From: Oligoflexales bacterium
GTDB taxonomy: Bacteria > Bdellovibrionota_B > Oligoflexia > Oligoflexales > CAIYRB01
Assembly (NCBI GenBank): GCA_041736175.1
Contig: JBGSUI010000218.1
Span: 28,905 to 92,904 of the forward strand
Reading direction: 5' to 3'
Length of the DNA stretch: 64,000 nucleotides
Within the stretch, counting starts at the first letter, position 1. Each line of letters begins with the position of its first letter. The position numbers were made by a program, and so were the translations under genes. Shown in pieces: positions 30,813 to 40,045 of this stretch. Under the pieces are notes generated by a model. It did no database searches. It was not told the DNA's origin and saw nothing but the letters and a program-made list of their open reading frames with translations.

Positions 30813-32434
30813 CAGGAAGATTTTTTACTCAAATCTCCAATCTTTGATTCAACCGGAGCCGTTCCCCTTGAGTTTTCAATCACGCGAGATATCTTTGATC
30901 CATCGTGATTTTGTGGGACTAAGTTGCCGGCAGTATTGGTTTTGAGAGTTAAAGCTCCGCTTTCATGAGCACGGACACAGGCCTTTAAAATCTCGGGATC
31001 AAAAAGTTCGGATTCTTCAACCAGGCGCTGGATCGCCTCATTTTGGTCCATAAACCCCGAATAGGCTCTTCCTGAGACCATTGCATCAAATACATCCGAT
31101 AGGGCAACAATTCTACCAAAAAAGGGGATATCTTCTCCTACAAGACCATCAGGATAACCGGTTCCATCCCATTTTTCATGGTGATATTTGATGCCACTTA
31201 AAAACTTTTGAGCGTTGGGCATATTTGAAATAATATCAGCTCCAATCTTAGGATGGAGCTTCATCTCTTCGTATTCTTCTGCCGACAAAATAGATGCCTT
31301 TTTTAGAATCGCATCAGGAATACCGATCTTGCCAACATCATGACATAAAGCTGAGATCATTAACATTCTTTTGACCTCGCGGTTAAGCTTTAACTCGTCC
31401 GCAATCGCCATGCTATACTTTGAAACTCTCTCCGAATGTCCGTGGGTATAGGTATCTTTGGCCTCGATGGTCGCGATAATGGTTTCAATCATCCCAAACA
31501 TCAGACCATCAGTCTCTCTTCGTAGCAGCATCGATTCAAACGTAGGTGCGCTCCTGCTTAGCAATGCCTGAAGATGATCTATGTCTCGACTATTAAATTG
31601 GACTTTTGGATCATCGATCTCAATATGGATAAGACAATGAACTTCTGAGTTGTGAATCATAGGCAAAATCAGCCTGCTGCGGCTACTGTCGCTCTCCGGC
31701 TGCTTAGAATCACCTAGTAACAACGCTCCCTGCTTTCGGTTCAAGACATCTTCTAATCCTGAGGGAGAGATCAAAAACATCTGCCTCTTCTTTTTAAAAT
31801 GCCGAATAGCGATTGGGTAGATGAGTCTACGGGATGAAACCCATACAAAGATGGCTGCCCGACTACTGTTTTGAATAATTTTGCCAATAGATTTTAAAAG
31901 CACATTAGCTGCGGCATTTAAATCCTCCGCAACCAAAATATTGCTATGGAATTCAAATATCTCCTTTATTGATCTGATATCATCCATATGATAATTCGCG
32001 ACTGAAAACTGGTTCAGTCTTATAGGAGTCACCTGAACATCATTTTGATTTTTTCCTAAGACGATAGGACCTTTGATACCTAGATCTTCAGCGATCAGCA
32101 TATCAAAGTGCAAGATCTCGTCCGGAAGTTGAACATCACCCTCAGACGTGACAAACTGTAGCTCTGTAGAACCGAGAAGGATTTTGTCGCCGTTTTGAAT
32201 AATCGAGTTTATGACCCTATCTCCGTTGAGGAAAGTGCCATTTTTGGAGTCCATGTCTTCGACTATAAACAGGCGACCACGCTTTTTGATTCGTAAATGG
32301 GTGCGAGAGATTTCCTCATCGACAATAAGGATGGAATTCGTTGGATCCCTGCCAATCGTTATAGGAAACGAACTGAGCTGGATTCGCTTTCCCGAATCAT
32401 GCCCTCTCTCAATGATGATAAACGAATTATTCAA
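30812..32434 (-). CDS. FHA-GAF-HD-GYP cyclic dinucleotide phosphodiesterase
   Basis: FHA motifs IGRD..ISRTH..SKNGTFLNG; GAF-like middle region; TYTHGHSERV, HDVGK and HHEKWDGTGYP. Confidence 0.92.
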   Translation of the reverse strand: MNNSFIIIERGHDSGKRIQLSSFPITIGRDPTNSILIVDEEISRTHLRIKKRGRLFIVEDMDSKNGTFLNGDRVINSIIQNGDKILLGSTELQFVTSEGDVQLPDEILHFDMLIAEDLGIKGPIVLGKNQNDVQVTPIRLNQFSVANYHMDDIRSIKEIFEFHSNILVAEDLNAAANVLLKSIGKIIQNSSRAAIFVWVSSRRLIYPIAIRHFKKKRQMFLISPSGLEDVLNRKQGALLLGDSKQPESDSSRSRLILPMIHNSEVHCLIHIEIDDPKVQFNSRDIDHLQALLSRSAPTFESMLLRRETDGLMFGMIETIIATIEAKDTYTHGHSERVSKYSMAIADELKLNREVKRMLMISALCHDVGKIGIPDAILKKASILSAEEYEEMKLHPKIGADIISNMPNAQKFLSGIKYHHEKWDGTGYPDGLVGEDIPFFGRIVALSDVFDAMVSGRAYSGFMDQNEAIQRLVEESELFDPEILKACVRAHESGALTLKTNTAGNLVPQNHDGSKISRVIENSRGTAPVESKIGDLSKKSS

Positions 32435-32615
32435 TTGAACCCCTGGTCGTTGAAGAACTCGTCGGAAAAATACTTAACACGATTAACTCACAGGCCTTGG
32501 GAAAAACCGAAAAAACCCTCCTGTTAATAGGATTCTTAGTCTGTATAGTAAATGCAGGGTGGAGACAATATTCATTGAATATTGGTCCATTCCTTTAAAT
32601 TCTTATCGAATGATG

Positions 32616-32642
32616 TAAAGCTTGTGATGATCTTTCCGATCA
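32616..32642 (+). promoter_or_regulatory. Putative sigma28 (FliA)-type promoter
   Basis: TAAA-N15-TCCGATCA, 7 nt upstream of ATG 32650. Confidence 0.5.
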
Positions 32643-32649
32643 ATCCATC

Positions 32650-33069
32650 ATGAGAAAGTTATTTTTTCCTATTTTATTGATCTTCTTTGCCGCGAATCTA
32701 TCGGCTTCTGAAACTTTTGGATCCCAACAGTTGAAGAAAGCGCCTCAAACTTATTGGTTATCACCTGAATCACCAACACAGCCAGTAAAGATTGGCACCC
32801 CTTTAAAGGCCACCCAAACCGGAATCATTTTACGGGATCCCATTCTATCCCGAAAAGGGGCCCTCCCACGCCCTAAAGAAGAGCCCCAGGCCCTCAAACC
32901 AAAAACCCAAAGAAGTCGTAATAAAACCATGAAAATCGGCAAAGTCAGGATTTCTGGAGAACTGACCATCCCAACTGTCAGCTTCACTCCCGAACGGCCA
33001 GAATGTACCTTTGTTAGGGATCAACCGGCTTTCCAAAGCAATAGTCCGTTACCGCTGAATAAACCCTAG
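32650..33069 (+). CDS. Small secreted protein, possibly CglF/GltF-like
   Basis: Signal peptide ending NLSA; basic/Pro-rich body; C-terminal RISGELTIPTVSF motif. Confidence 0.6.
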   Translation: MRKLFFPILLIFFAANLSASETFGSQQLKKAPQTYWLSPESPTQPVKIGTPLKATQTGIILRDPILSRKGALPRPKEEPQALKPKTQRSRNKTMKIGKVRISGELTIPTVSFTPERPECTFVRDQPAFQSNSPLPLNKP

Positions 33070-33198
33070 AGGCCCAACTTAGTATAAGCCAAAGGAGTCC
33101 TTTCCCGTTTTTTGGAAACACTGCACTGTTTTTTTGGTTGATCATAGTTACCAACTCAAATAAAAACTGTCAATCTTTGGTTTTAAACCACCCCCATT

Positions 33199-33765
33199 TT
33201 GGATACATCTGTGGAACAAATCCTGACTCTCGATCGACAGCTTTTCTTCTTAATTAATTCTTTAAGTGGCAATACCTCCCTAGATCTTGTCATGATGGTG
33301 CTATCTTCCCACGAGCTTTGGATTGGGATCTGCCTTGTTGGGGCAATTTTTGTGACCACTCGGAAAAAAAAGCTTCCGTTGAAAGCTATTTTGGCATTTG
33401 GAGTGACTATTGGAGTCACTGATCTGATAGCTTTTCAAGTCTTGAAACCTACATTCGGTCGAATGCGTCCTTGTTATGCTTTAGAACAGGTCCATTTAGT
33501 CCAAGGCAGCTGTGGAGGTGACTTTGGGTTTCCCTCTAACCACGCTGCTAATAGTGGTGCCGCGGTTGCGTTTCTTAGTCTGATCGCAAAGCGGAAAATT
33601 TTGGTCATCGGTACCCTTGCCGCGATCCTTGTCTGTTTTTCCAGAATCTATTTGGGGGTTCACTATCCTGCGGATGTGGTCAGTGGATTTATCATGGGAT
33701 TAGTCGTCGGCAGATTGATCTTAAAGACCCTGTTTAAGATCAAAGTTCAAGAGAACACTCCTTAA
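33199..33765 (+). CDS. PAP2 family phosphatase (undecaprenyl-PP / lipid phosphatase-like)
   Basis: KPTFGRMRP, FPSNH and SRIYLGVHY. Confidence 0.93.
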   Translation: MDTSVEQILTLDRQLFFLINSLSGNTSLDLVMMVLSSHELWIGICLVGAIFVTTRKKKLPLKAILAFGVTIGVTDLIAFQVLKPTFGRMRPCYALEQVHLVQGSCGGDFGFPSNHAANSGAAVAFLSLIAKRKILVIGTLAAILVCFSRIYLGVHYPADVVSGFIMGLVVGRLILKTLFKIKVQENTP

Positions 33766-36515
33766 AGTTGACCACTAAAATCAAAGAGCACTGAAGGCTT
33801 GTTGATGGTCTGGCTACCCACTTTGCTCTGCAAGATCATAAGCAAAGAAAGCCGTGTAAATGCCAGAGATCCTGCACCGGCTAGATCTCCACCAATAGGC
33901 ATCTGAAACCCTCCCCCTACCGAACTATAATTGGTTCGCTCCTCTCTCGCTCGACCCAAATCATAGAAAAGCCTCCATTTCAACTGCCGTGACAGAATCA
34001 GAAAATCAAAGGGAATGGGAAAGTAAAGTGGAAAATAGAGATCGCTGGTTAAGGTATCGATATGACCTACAGGGTCCAGTCCCTGATCTATCCTTAACCT
34101 TGCCTCTCCTAAATCATTTGGTTTAAAAAAAGCCGACTCAGGAAGAGTTCCTTCCCCGCTCATTTGCCCACTAAAGCCTCGAAGAGAAAGACTTATCTGG
34201 TGACTCACGCGACATTCTCCAGAGAGTAAACCGGAGTTTCGAATATAAAAAAACCCCTTTGACCAAATGCGTGGAGCCCTATCATGGGAGCCAGCAAAGT
34301 TAAATTGACATTGCCTTTCATCACCAGGGGGCTTGAATGCTAAACGAAAACCATAGGCTCCGTGAATACTTTCTTCATTGCCAATCCGGTCTTTTCTTTT
34401 AAGAACGACTCCAATTCCTAAGCCGGTCGATGACTTTAGAAGATCATTTTCAAAAAAGTTAAACTCCATTTCTCGGTCACCGCTATATGTCTTTTGTAGC
34501 TTAGCGCCATTAGAAAGGCTGGTGTTATTCCACTGATTCCCATAGTTGACAAGATAGGAGCTTTGTTTATTTGAAGGTGCAAACTCTACCGCAGCGGTCG
34601 CAGTGCTTTGTACATACTTAAACAATCCCGCCTGAATACCCAGTGAAAACGCTTCGCCTGGTCGACGAAAGGGATAGGGAACCCAAACGAGAGTGTAGGC
34701 ATCATCTGGTAGGGTTTTGGCTGTTCCCGGAAAAAAATAAAAGTTTGGATTCTCTGAACTATTATTAAAACGATCGCTGTCAAATGATCCATGTTCCGGA
34801 TCGATTGCTATCTCCTCTAATGCAGCATCCAAGATCGCCTCGACCTTCCATCCTCTCGATTGTGGGGTTGGACTTGCCTTTAATGACCTCACCCTGCCCT
34901 GGATGTCTCTCACCTTGACGACGGGTTCGTGGTCGAGTCCGCCTTTTTGGATGATATCAGCGGCTATAACCCATTTCCCCCCTGGGAGCGGTTTTTCCTG
35001 AACATCCTCTAGCTCAAAATCAGGCCACCCTGGTAACGTCCACCACTTTTTTATAGTGTTCGAGACTGCCAATCGCTGTCCTGGAGAAAAGGGTGAAGGG
35101 AGCACTTCAATCTGCCGGACAAAATCTTTAGGGGTAAGACTTTTAAATTGAAAGTCACTCACCAATTTCCGTAAGAATCCTCTAAATCTGACAGTTCCGA
35201 CCTCTGCTTCTAGCTGACGCAGAGCCGCCGTATGCCTCAAAAAGACCAGCTTATTTTGCCGCACCAAGGGCTCGACCGTGGATAGAGCGTCACCTGTCAA
35301 AACCTCATAGGGGCTGTTTTTCTTAAGCATCGAAGTCAATATTTCGTTTACCTGGAGGTAAGTCACAGTAAACCATCTGCCCCCTAAAAAAGATTCGTTA
35401 AACAAGTCAAACCGCCCTGGGATTTCCCTTAAAGCAGCAAGTGTTGCAAATTCACTCGTACCTGATAGTAACCACTCATCATTTGGTGAGTCCGCAAAGA
35501 CCATGCTGCCTATCCACTGCCTTGAAAGCTGCATCACTGCTATCCAGTGTTGCCAGTTCAGCAGGTTTCTTTGGACCTTATCAAAAACCAGTTGGGGAGG
35601 TCTATTGATCGAAATTAATCCTGGCATTGTCTGCCTTAAAAGTTCCGAATTTTCCACTATGGTGATGGTGGGAAGTGGATAGGACCCAAAAATGTCTTCG
35701 ATAGTCTTGAACGCCGAGATCAATGTCAATTCTAGGTCCAAGAATTGTTCTGATTGGAATGCCAAAACAATTTCTTTCGAACCTACCCTGAGAATCTTTT
35801 TTTTGAACCCCTTAACCAACATAAAAGCAGGATAAGTCATTCTACCAGAAAAGATCGCATCTCCCCCGCGTTTCGACCCCGGTCCCAGGTAGTCCCATTC
35901 AGGCCCTATGGATACCTTGACATCATAGTAGGCTGCGTTGAGTTCCGAAGCTATATCGACCAGCTCTTCTGGACCAGGACAATGGTTCAAGAGTTGTGGA
36001 AAAAAGCCGTCAAACACCCATTCCTGAGCCCTGCTTCTCTCTAACCTTGGAATCTCACCTTTGTAAGGTATCTCCAAAACGCTGGTTTCATCCCAACCCA
36101 TTGGCAGACGAATCCGGACTATAAAGGGTTTGGCATCCAAAAGGATTTGGCCAGCGCTCGACTTTTGAATGGACATATGTCCACCAGAAAAATGCGGCTT
36201 TCTATGGTTTGCAGTTAGCAGCTGAAACCTTTGCATATCCCCTCGGTTCATTCCGTATTCAGGGTCCTGAAAAGGTAGATAAAAGCAGACCTCTCTCCCC
36301 CCATCTTGGAGGAAAGCCGCCCCAAGATTTGTGATCTTCATAGTGCCACTGAATTTGGATGGATGCAGACTCTGCTTATCGATATCAACGTTTAAAGAGA
36401 TCTGGGGTTCTGCCACTCTTTTCAAGGCAAAACCCCCAGTACTCCTTAAACAGATAAAAAGCGATAGCCCAAAGAGAAAAAAGGCTTTGACATATTTAAG
36501 TGGGGGTAAGTTCAC
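33762..36515 (-). CDS. Secreted protein: degenerate M1 aminopeptidase fold plus C-terminal Omp85-like beta-barrel
   Basis: M1 architecture (FGSYP, PGLISI, QWIG..V..D...EWL..G..EF, IDPE...FDSDRFNN) but HExxH reads MQLSR; C-terminal amphipathic strands with LFYDLG and SSVGGGF. Confidence 0.7.
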   Translation of the reverse strand: MNLPPLKYVKAFFLFGLSLFICLRSTGGFALKRVAEPQISLNVDIDKQSLHPSKFSGTMKITNLGAAFLQDGGREVCFYLPFQDPEYGMNRGDMQRFQLLTANHRKPHFSGGHMSIQKSSAGQILLDAKPFIVRIRLPMGWDETSVLEIPYKGEIPRLERSRAQEWVFDGFFPQLLNHCPGPEELVDIASELNAAYYDVKVSIGPEWDYLGPGSKRGGDAIFSGRMTYPAFMLVKGFKKKILRVGSKEIVLAFQSEQFLDLELTLISAFKTIEDIFGSYPLPTITIVENSELLRQTMPGLISINRPPQLVFDKVQRNLLNWQHWIAVMQLSRQWIGSMVFADSPNDEWLLSGTSEFATLAALREIPGRFDLFNESFLGGRWFTVTYLQVNEILTSMLKKNSPYEVLTGDALSTVEPLVRQNKLVFLRHTAALRQLEAEVGTVRFRGFLRKLVSDFQFKSLTPKDFVRQIEVLPSPFSPGQRLAVSNTIKKWWTLPGWPDFELEDVQEKPLPGGKWVIAADIIQKGGLDHEPVVKVRDIQGRVRSLKASPTPQSRGWKVEAILDAALEEIAIDPEHGSFDSDRFNNSSENPNFYFFPGTAKTLPDDAYTLVWVPYPFRRPGEAFSLGIQAGLFKYVQSTATAAVEFAPSNKQSSYLVNYGNQWNNTSLSNGAKLQKTYSGDREMEFNFFENDLLKSSTGLGIGVVLKRKDRIGNEESIHGAYGFRLAFKPPGDERQCQFNFAGSHDRAPRIWSKGFFYIRNSGLLSGECRVSHQISLSLRGFSGQMSGEGTLPESAFFKPNDLGEARLRIDQGLDPVGHIDTLTSDLYFPLYFPIPFDFLILSRQLKWRLFYDLGRAREERTNYSSVGGGFQMPIGGDLAGAGSLAFTRLSLLMILQSKVGSQTINKPSVLFDFSGQL

Positions 36516-38671
36516 TGCTCCTCAGGATAAAAAGACTTATTTTGCTCAGCATACTTTATTAGGGTATCGCAAGGTTTAAATCTCTTGCCTAGTTTTGGAA
36601 CGAGTTTATTCATGCGTTCTACAACATCTCTGGCAGTGACTAGATCTACGTACTTAAATGGCCCGCCCCAAAAGGGCGGAAATCCGAGACCAAAAACAGC
36701 CCCTACGTCTCCATCATATGGATTCGTAAGGACTGACTCCTCTAGGCAACGTACCGACTCATTTACAAATTGCAATAGGCATCGGTCGATAATTTCTTGC
36801 TCAGAAACGGCGTCATTCTTCTTACTGATCCCGATAATCTCGTAGATCGCTTCGTCGGGAGAACCCTTTTTGCCATTGGAATAGGTGTAAAAACCCTTGT
36901 TATTTTTGCGTCCCATCCGCCCGCTATCAGCAATGGGAGCTAGACCCCTGGGCGTTCCAATTCTATCCGGAAAAGATTCCTGCATGGTGGTCAAAACGTG
37001 CATCCCAACATCGATACCGACTTCGTCGATAAGGGTAATCGGTCCCACTGGAAATCCAAAATCCGTTAAGGCTTGGTCAATAAGCTCAATGGGCACTCCA
37101 TCAGCAAGCAGATTTGCCGCTTCGTTGAGATAAAACGAAAGAGCTCTTGTCGTATAAAATCCAGGGCCATCTTTGACTACAATGACCTGTTTGCCTATTT
37201 CTTGCCCAAACTCCACTGACCTCGCCGTCACCCAGTCTGCCGTTTTATCCGTGACAACCACTTCCAAAAGAGGCATTTTTTCCACTGGCGAAAAGAAATG
37301 CAACCCAATCACCCTTTCAGGATTTTTGGCGTGTGCTGCTATCTTAGATATGGGAATAGCACTGGTATTCGTGGCAAAAATATAATCTTCATGGCAATTT
37401 TTCTCTACATCGGCAAGAATTCGCTGCTTAAGCTTGAGGTCCTCGAAGACAGCCTCAATCACCAGCTCGCACTTTGAAAAGCCGCTTGTGGTGAGTGAAG
37501 GAGATAGATGTGCCAAGCGCTTCTGCAGCTCAAAAGACTTAATTTTCCGTCGATCCACTTGCTTTTTGAAATAGTCTCTTGTCTGTTTGAGGGCTCGACT
37601 GACCGATTCTTTGTTGGGATCTGAGAGTCTTACGACTTTGTCTTTTTCTAGTGATACGTTGGCTATTCCTGCTCCCATAAAACCAGCACCAATGATACCA
37701 ATGGTCTCGACTTTATGGTTCCCAAATTTTTCTTTACCTGCAGCTTTATATTTGTGTTTTTTTAATGAAGTGGTTGCATGAAATAAGTGGATAAGACTTT
37801 TAGACTCCCGCGTGACCACTAATTGTCCAAATAACTGCGACTCTAACTCTAATCCCTTCACCAGGGACAGATCATAACCTTCAAACACTGCATCAAGAGC
37901 CTTATAGCTCGCTGGATAGTGGCCTTTAGTTTTTTCATCGACCATTTTTTTAGCCGTTCTATAGACAACCCTCCGGCCTAAGATATTCTTCTCTTTGGCA
38001 CCCGTAAAAAGCTCCTTTGCAAGATTGGACGGTTTTAGGTCGGTGTAAAACCATTCCTTTGGTCGCTTTTTCTTGGCTAAGATTTGTGCCTGCTTTAAAA
38101 GCTGCTGCTGGGGAACAAGAGCATCAAGGACACCGTATTTTTCAGCTGATTTTGCGGAAACCCTTCTTCCGCTCAGAATCATATCCAATGATTTTTCTAG
38201 CCCAATCAATCTCGGTAGTCTTTGGGTGCCACCAGCTCCAGGGATCAATCCTAGTTGGATTTCCGGCAAACCCACTGCGGTCCTTTTGTCGTTAGATGCC
38301 ACCCGCCAAGTACAGGCTAACGCTAGTTCCAGTCCACCACCTAAGGCTTGGCCATGTATGGCGGCTACGGTTGGTACCTTTAGATTTTCGATGCGCAGAA
38401 ATATTTCGCTTAAAGCTTTAGAGGCCTCAACACCCTGTTCAACTGTCTTTATCTTGTTTATTTCGTCAATGTCGGCTCCAACGACAAAATCCTTCTTTTT
38501 ACTCGTGAAGATAACTCCCTCAATCTTTGGATCAGATTGAATTTTATCGATCAATCGATCCAGCTCTCTCACCGCCTTTTCGCCGAGAGTATTAACTTCT
38601 TTCTCAGGAGTATCAAAGTAGGCTGTTAATATATTATCCGTTGATTTTTCTATAATCCAATAATCGCTCAT
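36512..38671 (-). CDS. fadJ: Fatty acid oxidation complex alpha subunit (enoyl-CoA hydratase / 3-hydroxyacyl-CoA dehydrogenase)
   Basis: LGGGLELALAC, GLPEIQLGLIPGAGGTQRLPRL, GAGFMGAGIA, HFFSPVEKMPLLE and GLGFPPFWGGPF. Confidence 0.93.
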   Translation of the reverse strand: MSDYWIIEKSTDNILTAYFDTPEKEVNTLGEKAVRELDRLIDKIQSDPKIEGVIFTSKKKDFVVGADIDEINKIKTVEQGVEASKALSEIFLRIENLKVPTVAAIHGQALGGGLELALACTWRVASNDKRTAVGLPEIQLGLIPGAGGTQRLPRLIGLEKSLDMILSGRRVSAKSAEKYGVLDALVPQQQLLKQAQILAKKKRPKEWFYTDLKPSNLAKELFTGAKEKNILGRRVVYRTAKKMVDEKTKGHYPASYKALDAVFEGYDLSLVKGLELESQLFGQLVVTRESKSLIHLFHATTSLKKHKYKAAGKEKFGNHKVETIGIIGAGFMGAGIANVSLEKDKVVRLSDPNKESVSRALKQTRDYFKKQVDRRKIKSFELQKRLAHLSPSLTTSGFSKCELVIEAVFEDLKLKQRILADVEKNCHEDYIFATNTSAIPISKIAAHAKNPERVIGLHFFSPVEKMPLLEVVVTDKTADWVTARSVEFGQEIGKQVIVVKDGPGFYTTRALSFYLNEAANLLADGVPIELIDQALTDFGFPVGPITLIDEVGIDVGMHVLTTMQESFPDRIGTPRGLAPIADSGRMGRKNNKGFYTYSNGKKGSPDEAIYEIIGISKKNDAVSEQEIIDRCLLQFVNESVRCLEESVLTNPYDGDVGAVFGLGFPPFWGGPFKYVDLVTARDVVERMNKLVPKLGKRFKPCDTLIKYAEQNKSFYPEEQ

Positions 38672-38690
38672 TTATTAATTCTCCCAAATT

Positions 38691-40007
38691 TTAAATACGC
38701 TCAATCAACATCGCCCCAGCCATAGCCCCGGCCGCACAGATTGCTATGACACCTAGATTTTTGTCGCTGCGAATCAGTTCGTTTGCCAAGGAAGTCACCA
38801 ACCTTGCACCGGTCGCTCCGAAGGGGTGGCCGATGGCAAGGGCTCCACCATTGACATTGACACGGTCTATTGGGAAATTAGGGATTGCCTTGGCGCCTAA
38901 GTGTTTTTCCATGAATTCTGATGATTCCATAGACTTAATACATGATAGGACTTGTGCGGCAAAAGCTTCATGGATCTCAAACCGATCGATATCGGTCACA
39001 TTAAGCTGATTTCGTTGTAGCAAGAGTGGGATCGCTATAGCGGGACCTATAAGGAGCTGTTCATAAGGATTAACTCCCACAAAAACCACATCTTTTATGA
39101 GTACTTTTGGTTTAAATCCGAGAGCTTTAGCCCGGGCTTCATCTGCAATCATGCAGATTGCTGCTCCGTCTGTGAGGGGTGAGGAATTGCCTGCTGTAAG
39201 AGAGCCATATTTTTTGTCAAAAGCAGGTTTTAACGACCCTAGAGATTCTAGTGTTGTGTCTTTACGGATAATATTATCTGCCTCGACGCAGACATCAAAA
39301 CGGGGAGATGGCCAAATCGGCACGATCTCTTCTGCGAGCTTTCCTGATTCCTGAGCTTTGGCTGCTTTGTAGTGGGAGTCCATGGCAAATTGATCCTGAG
39401 ACTGGCGACTAATCTCGTTTAATTTTGCCATGATTTCTGCATGCTCGCCCATCGTAAGTCCCGTAAGGGGCTCCGAAATGCTCGGTGGCTTAGGCAGCCA
39501 ATCCTTGGCGCTAAATTCCCTAAGGAGATTCAGCTTGGTTGCTGGAGACTTTGCTTTGTTAAGTTTTAAGAGGAAACGCCGCGCTTCTTTAGAATAAACA
39601 ATGGGCACATCAGAAAGGCATTCTACGCCGCCGGCGGCGATCATTGTTGCACTACCAAAAGCTATGCTCTTGGCGGCATCGGCGATCGTTTGCAAACTAC
39701 TGGTACAGGCCCGGTTTACGGTCATCCCATGAATATGGTACGGCATCCCGAGATTGATCACTGCATCACGGGCGATATTGCCATTCTTGGTCTGAGGCAC
39801 GACCACCCCACAGGTAACCTCATCAAGCTCCCCTGTATCAAAATCAAGCTTTCGAATGAGTCCATCAAGAACTCTACTATACAACTCCAATCCATCGCAT
39901 TCTTCAAAAACACCAAATGATTTAACAAATGGTGTTCTCAATCCATCGATTAATACTGGCTTCGAATTTCCCTTAGGAAACCCTCTTCGATACCGACTCG
40001 CTTCCAT
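38691..40007 (-). CDS. fadI: 3-ketoacyl-CoA thiolase (FadI-type)
   Basis: NRACTSS, GNSSPLTDGA, EIHEAFAAQ, GHPFGATG and ICAAG. Confidence 0.92.
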   Translation of the reverse strand: MEASRYRRGFPKGNSKPVLIDGLRTPFVKSFGVFEECDGLELYSRVLDGLIRKLDFDTGELDEVTCGVVVPQTKNGNIARDAVINLGMPYHIHGMTVNRACTSSLQTIADAAKSIAFGSATMIAAGGVECLSDVPIVYSKEARRFLLKLNKAKSPATKLNLLREFSAKDWLPKPPSISEPLTGLTMGEHAEIMAKLNEISRQSQDQFAMDSHYKAAKAQESGKLAEEIVPIWPSPRFDVCVEADNIIRKDTTLESLGSLKPAFDKKYGSLTAGNSSPLTDGAAICMIADEARAKALGFKPKVLIKDVVFVGVNPYEQLLIGPAIAIPLLLQRNQLNVTDIDRFEIHEAFAAQVLSCIKSMESSEFMEKHLGAKAIPNFPIDRVNVNGGALAIGHPFGATGARLVTSLANELIRSDKNLGVIAICAAGAMAGAMLIERI

Positions 40008-40045
40008 AAGCAGCACCTCTAAACGCTAGACGTTTACTAGTAAAA

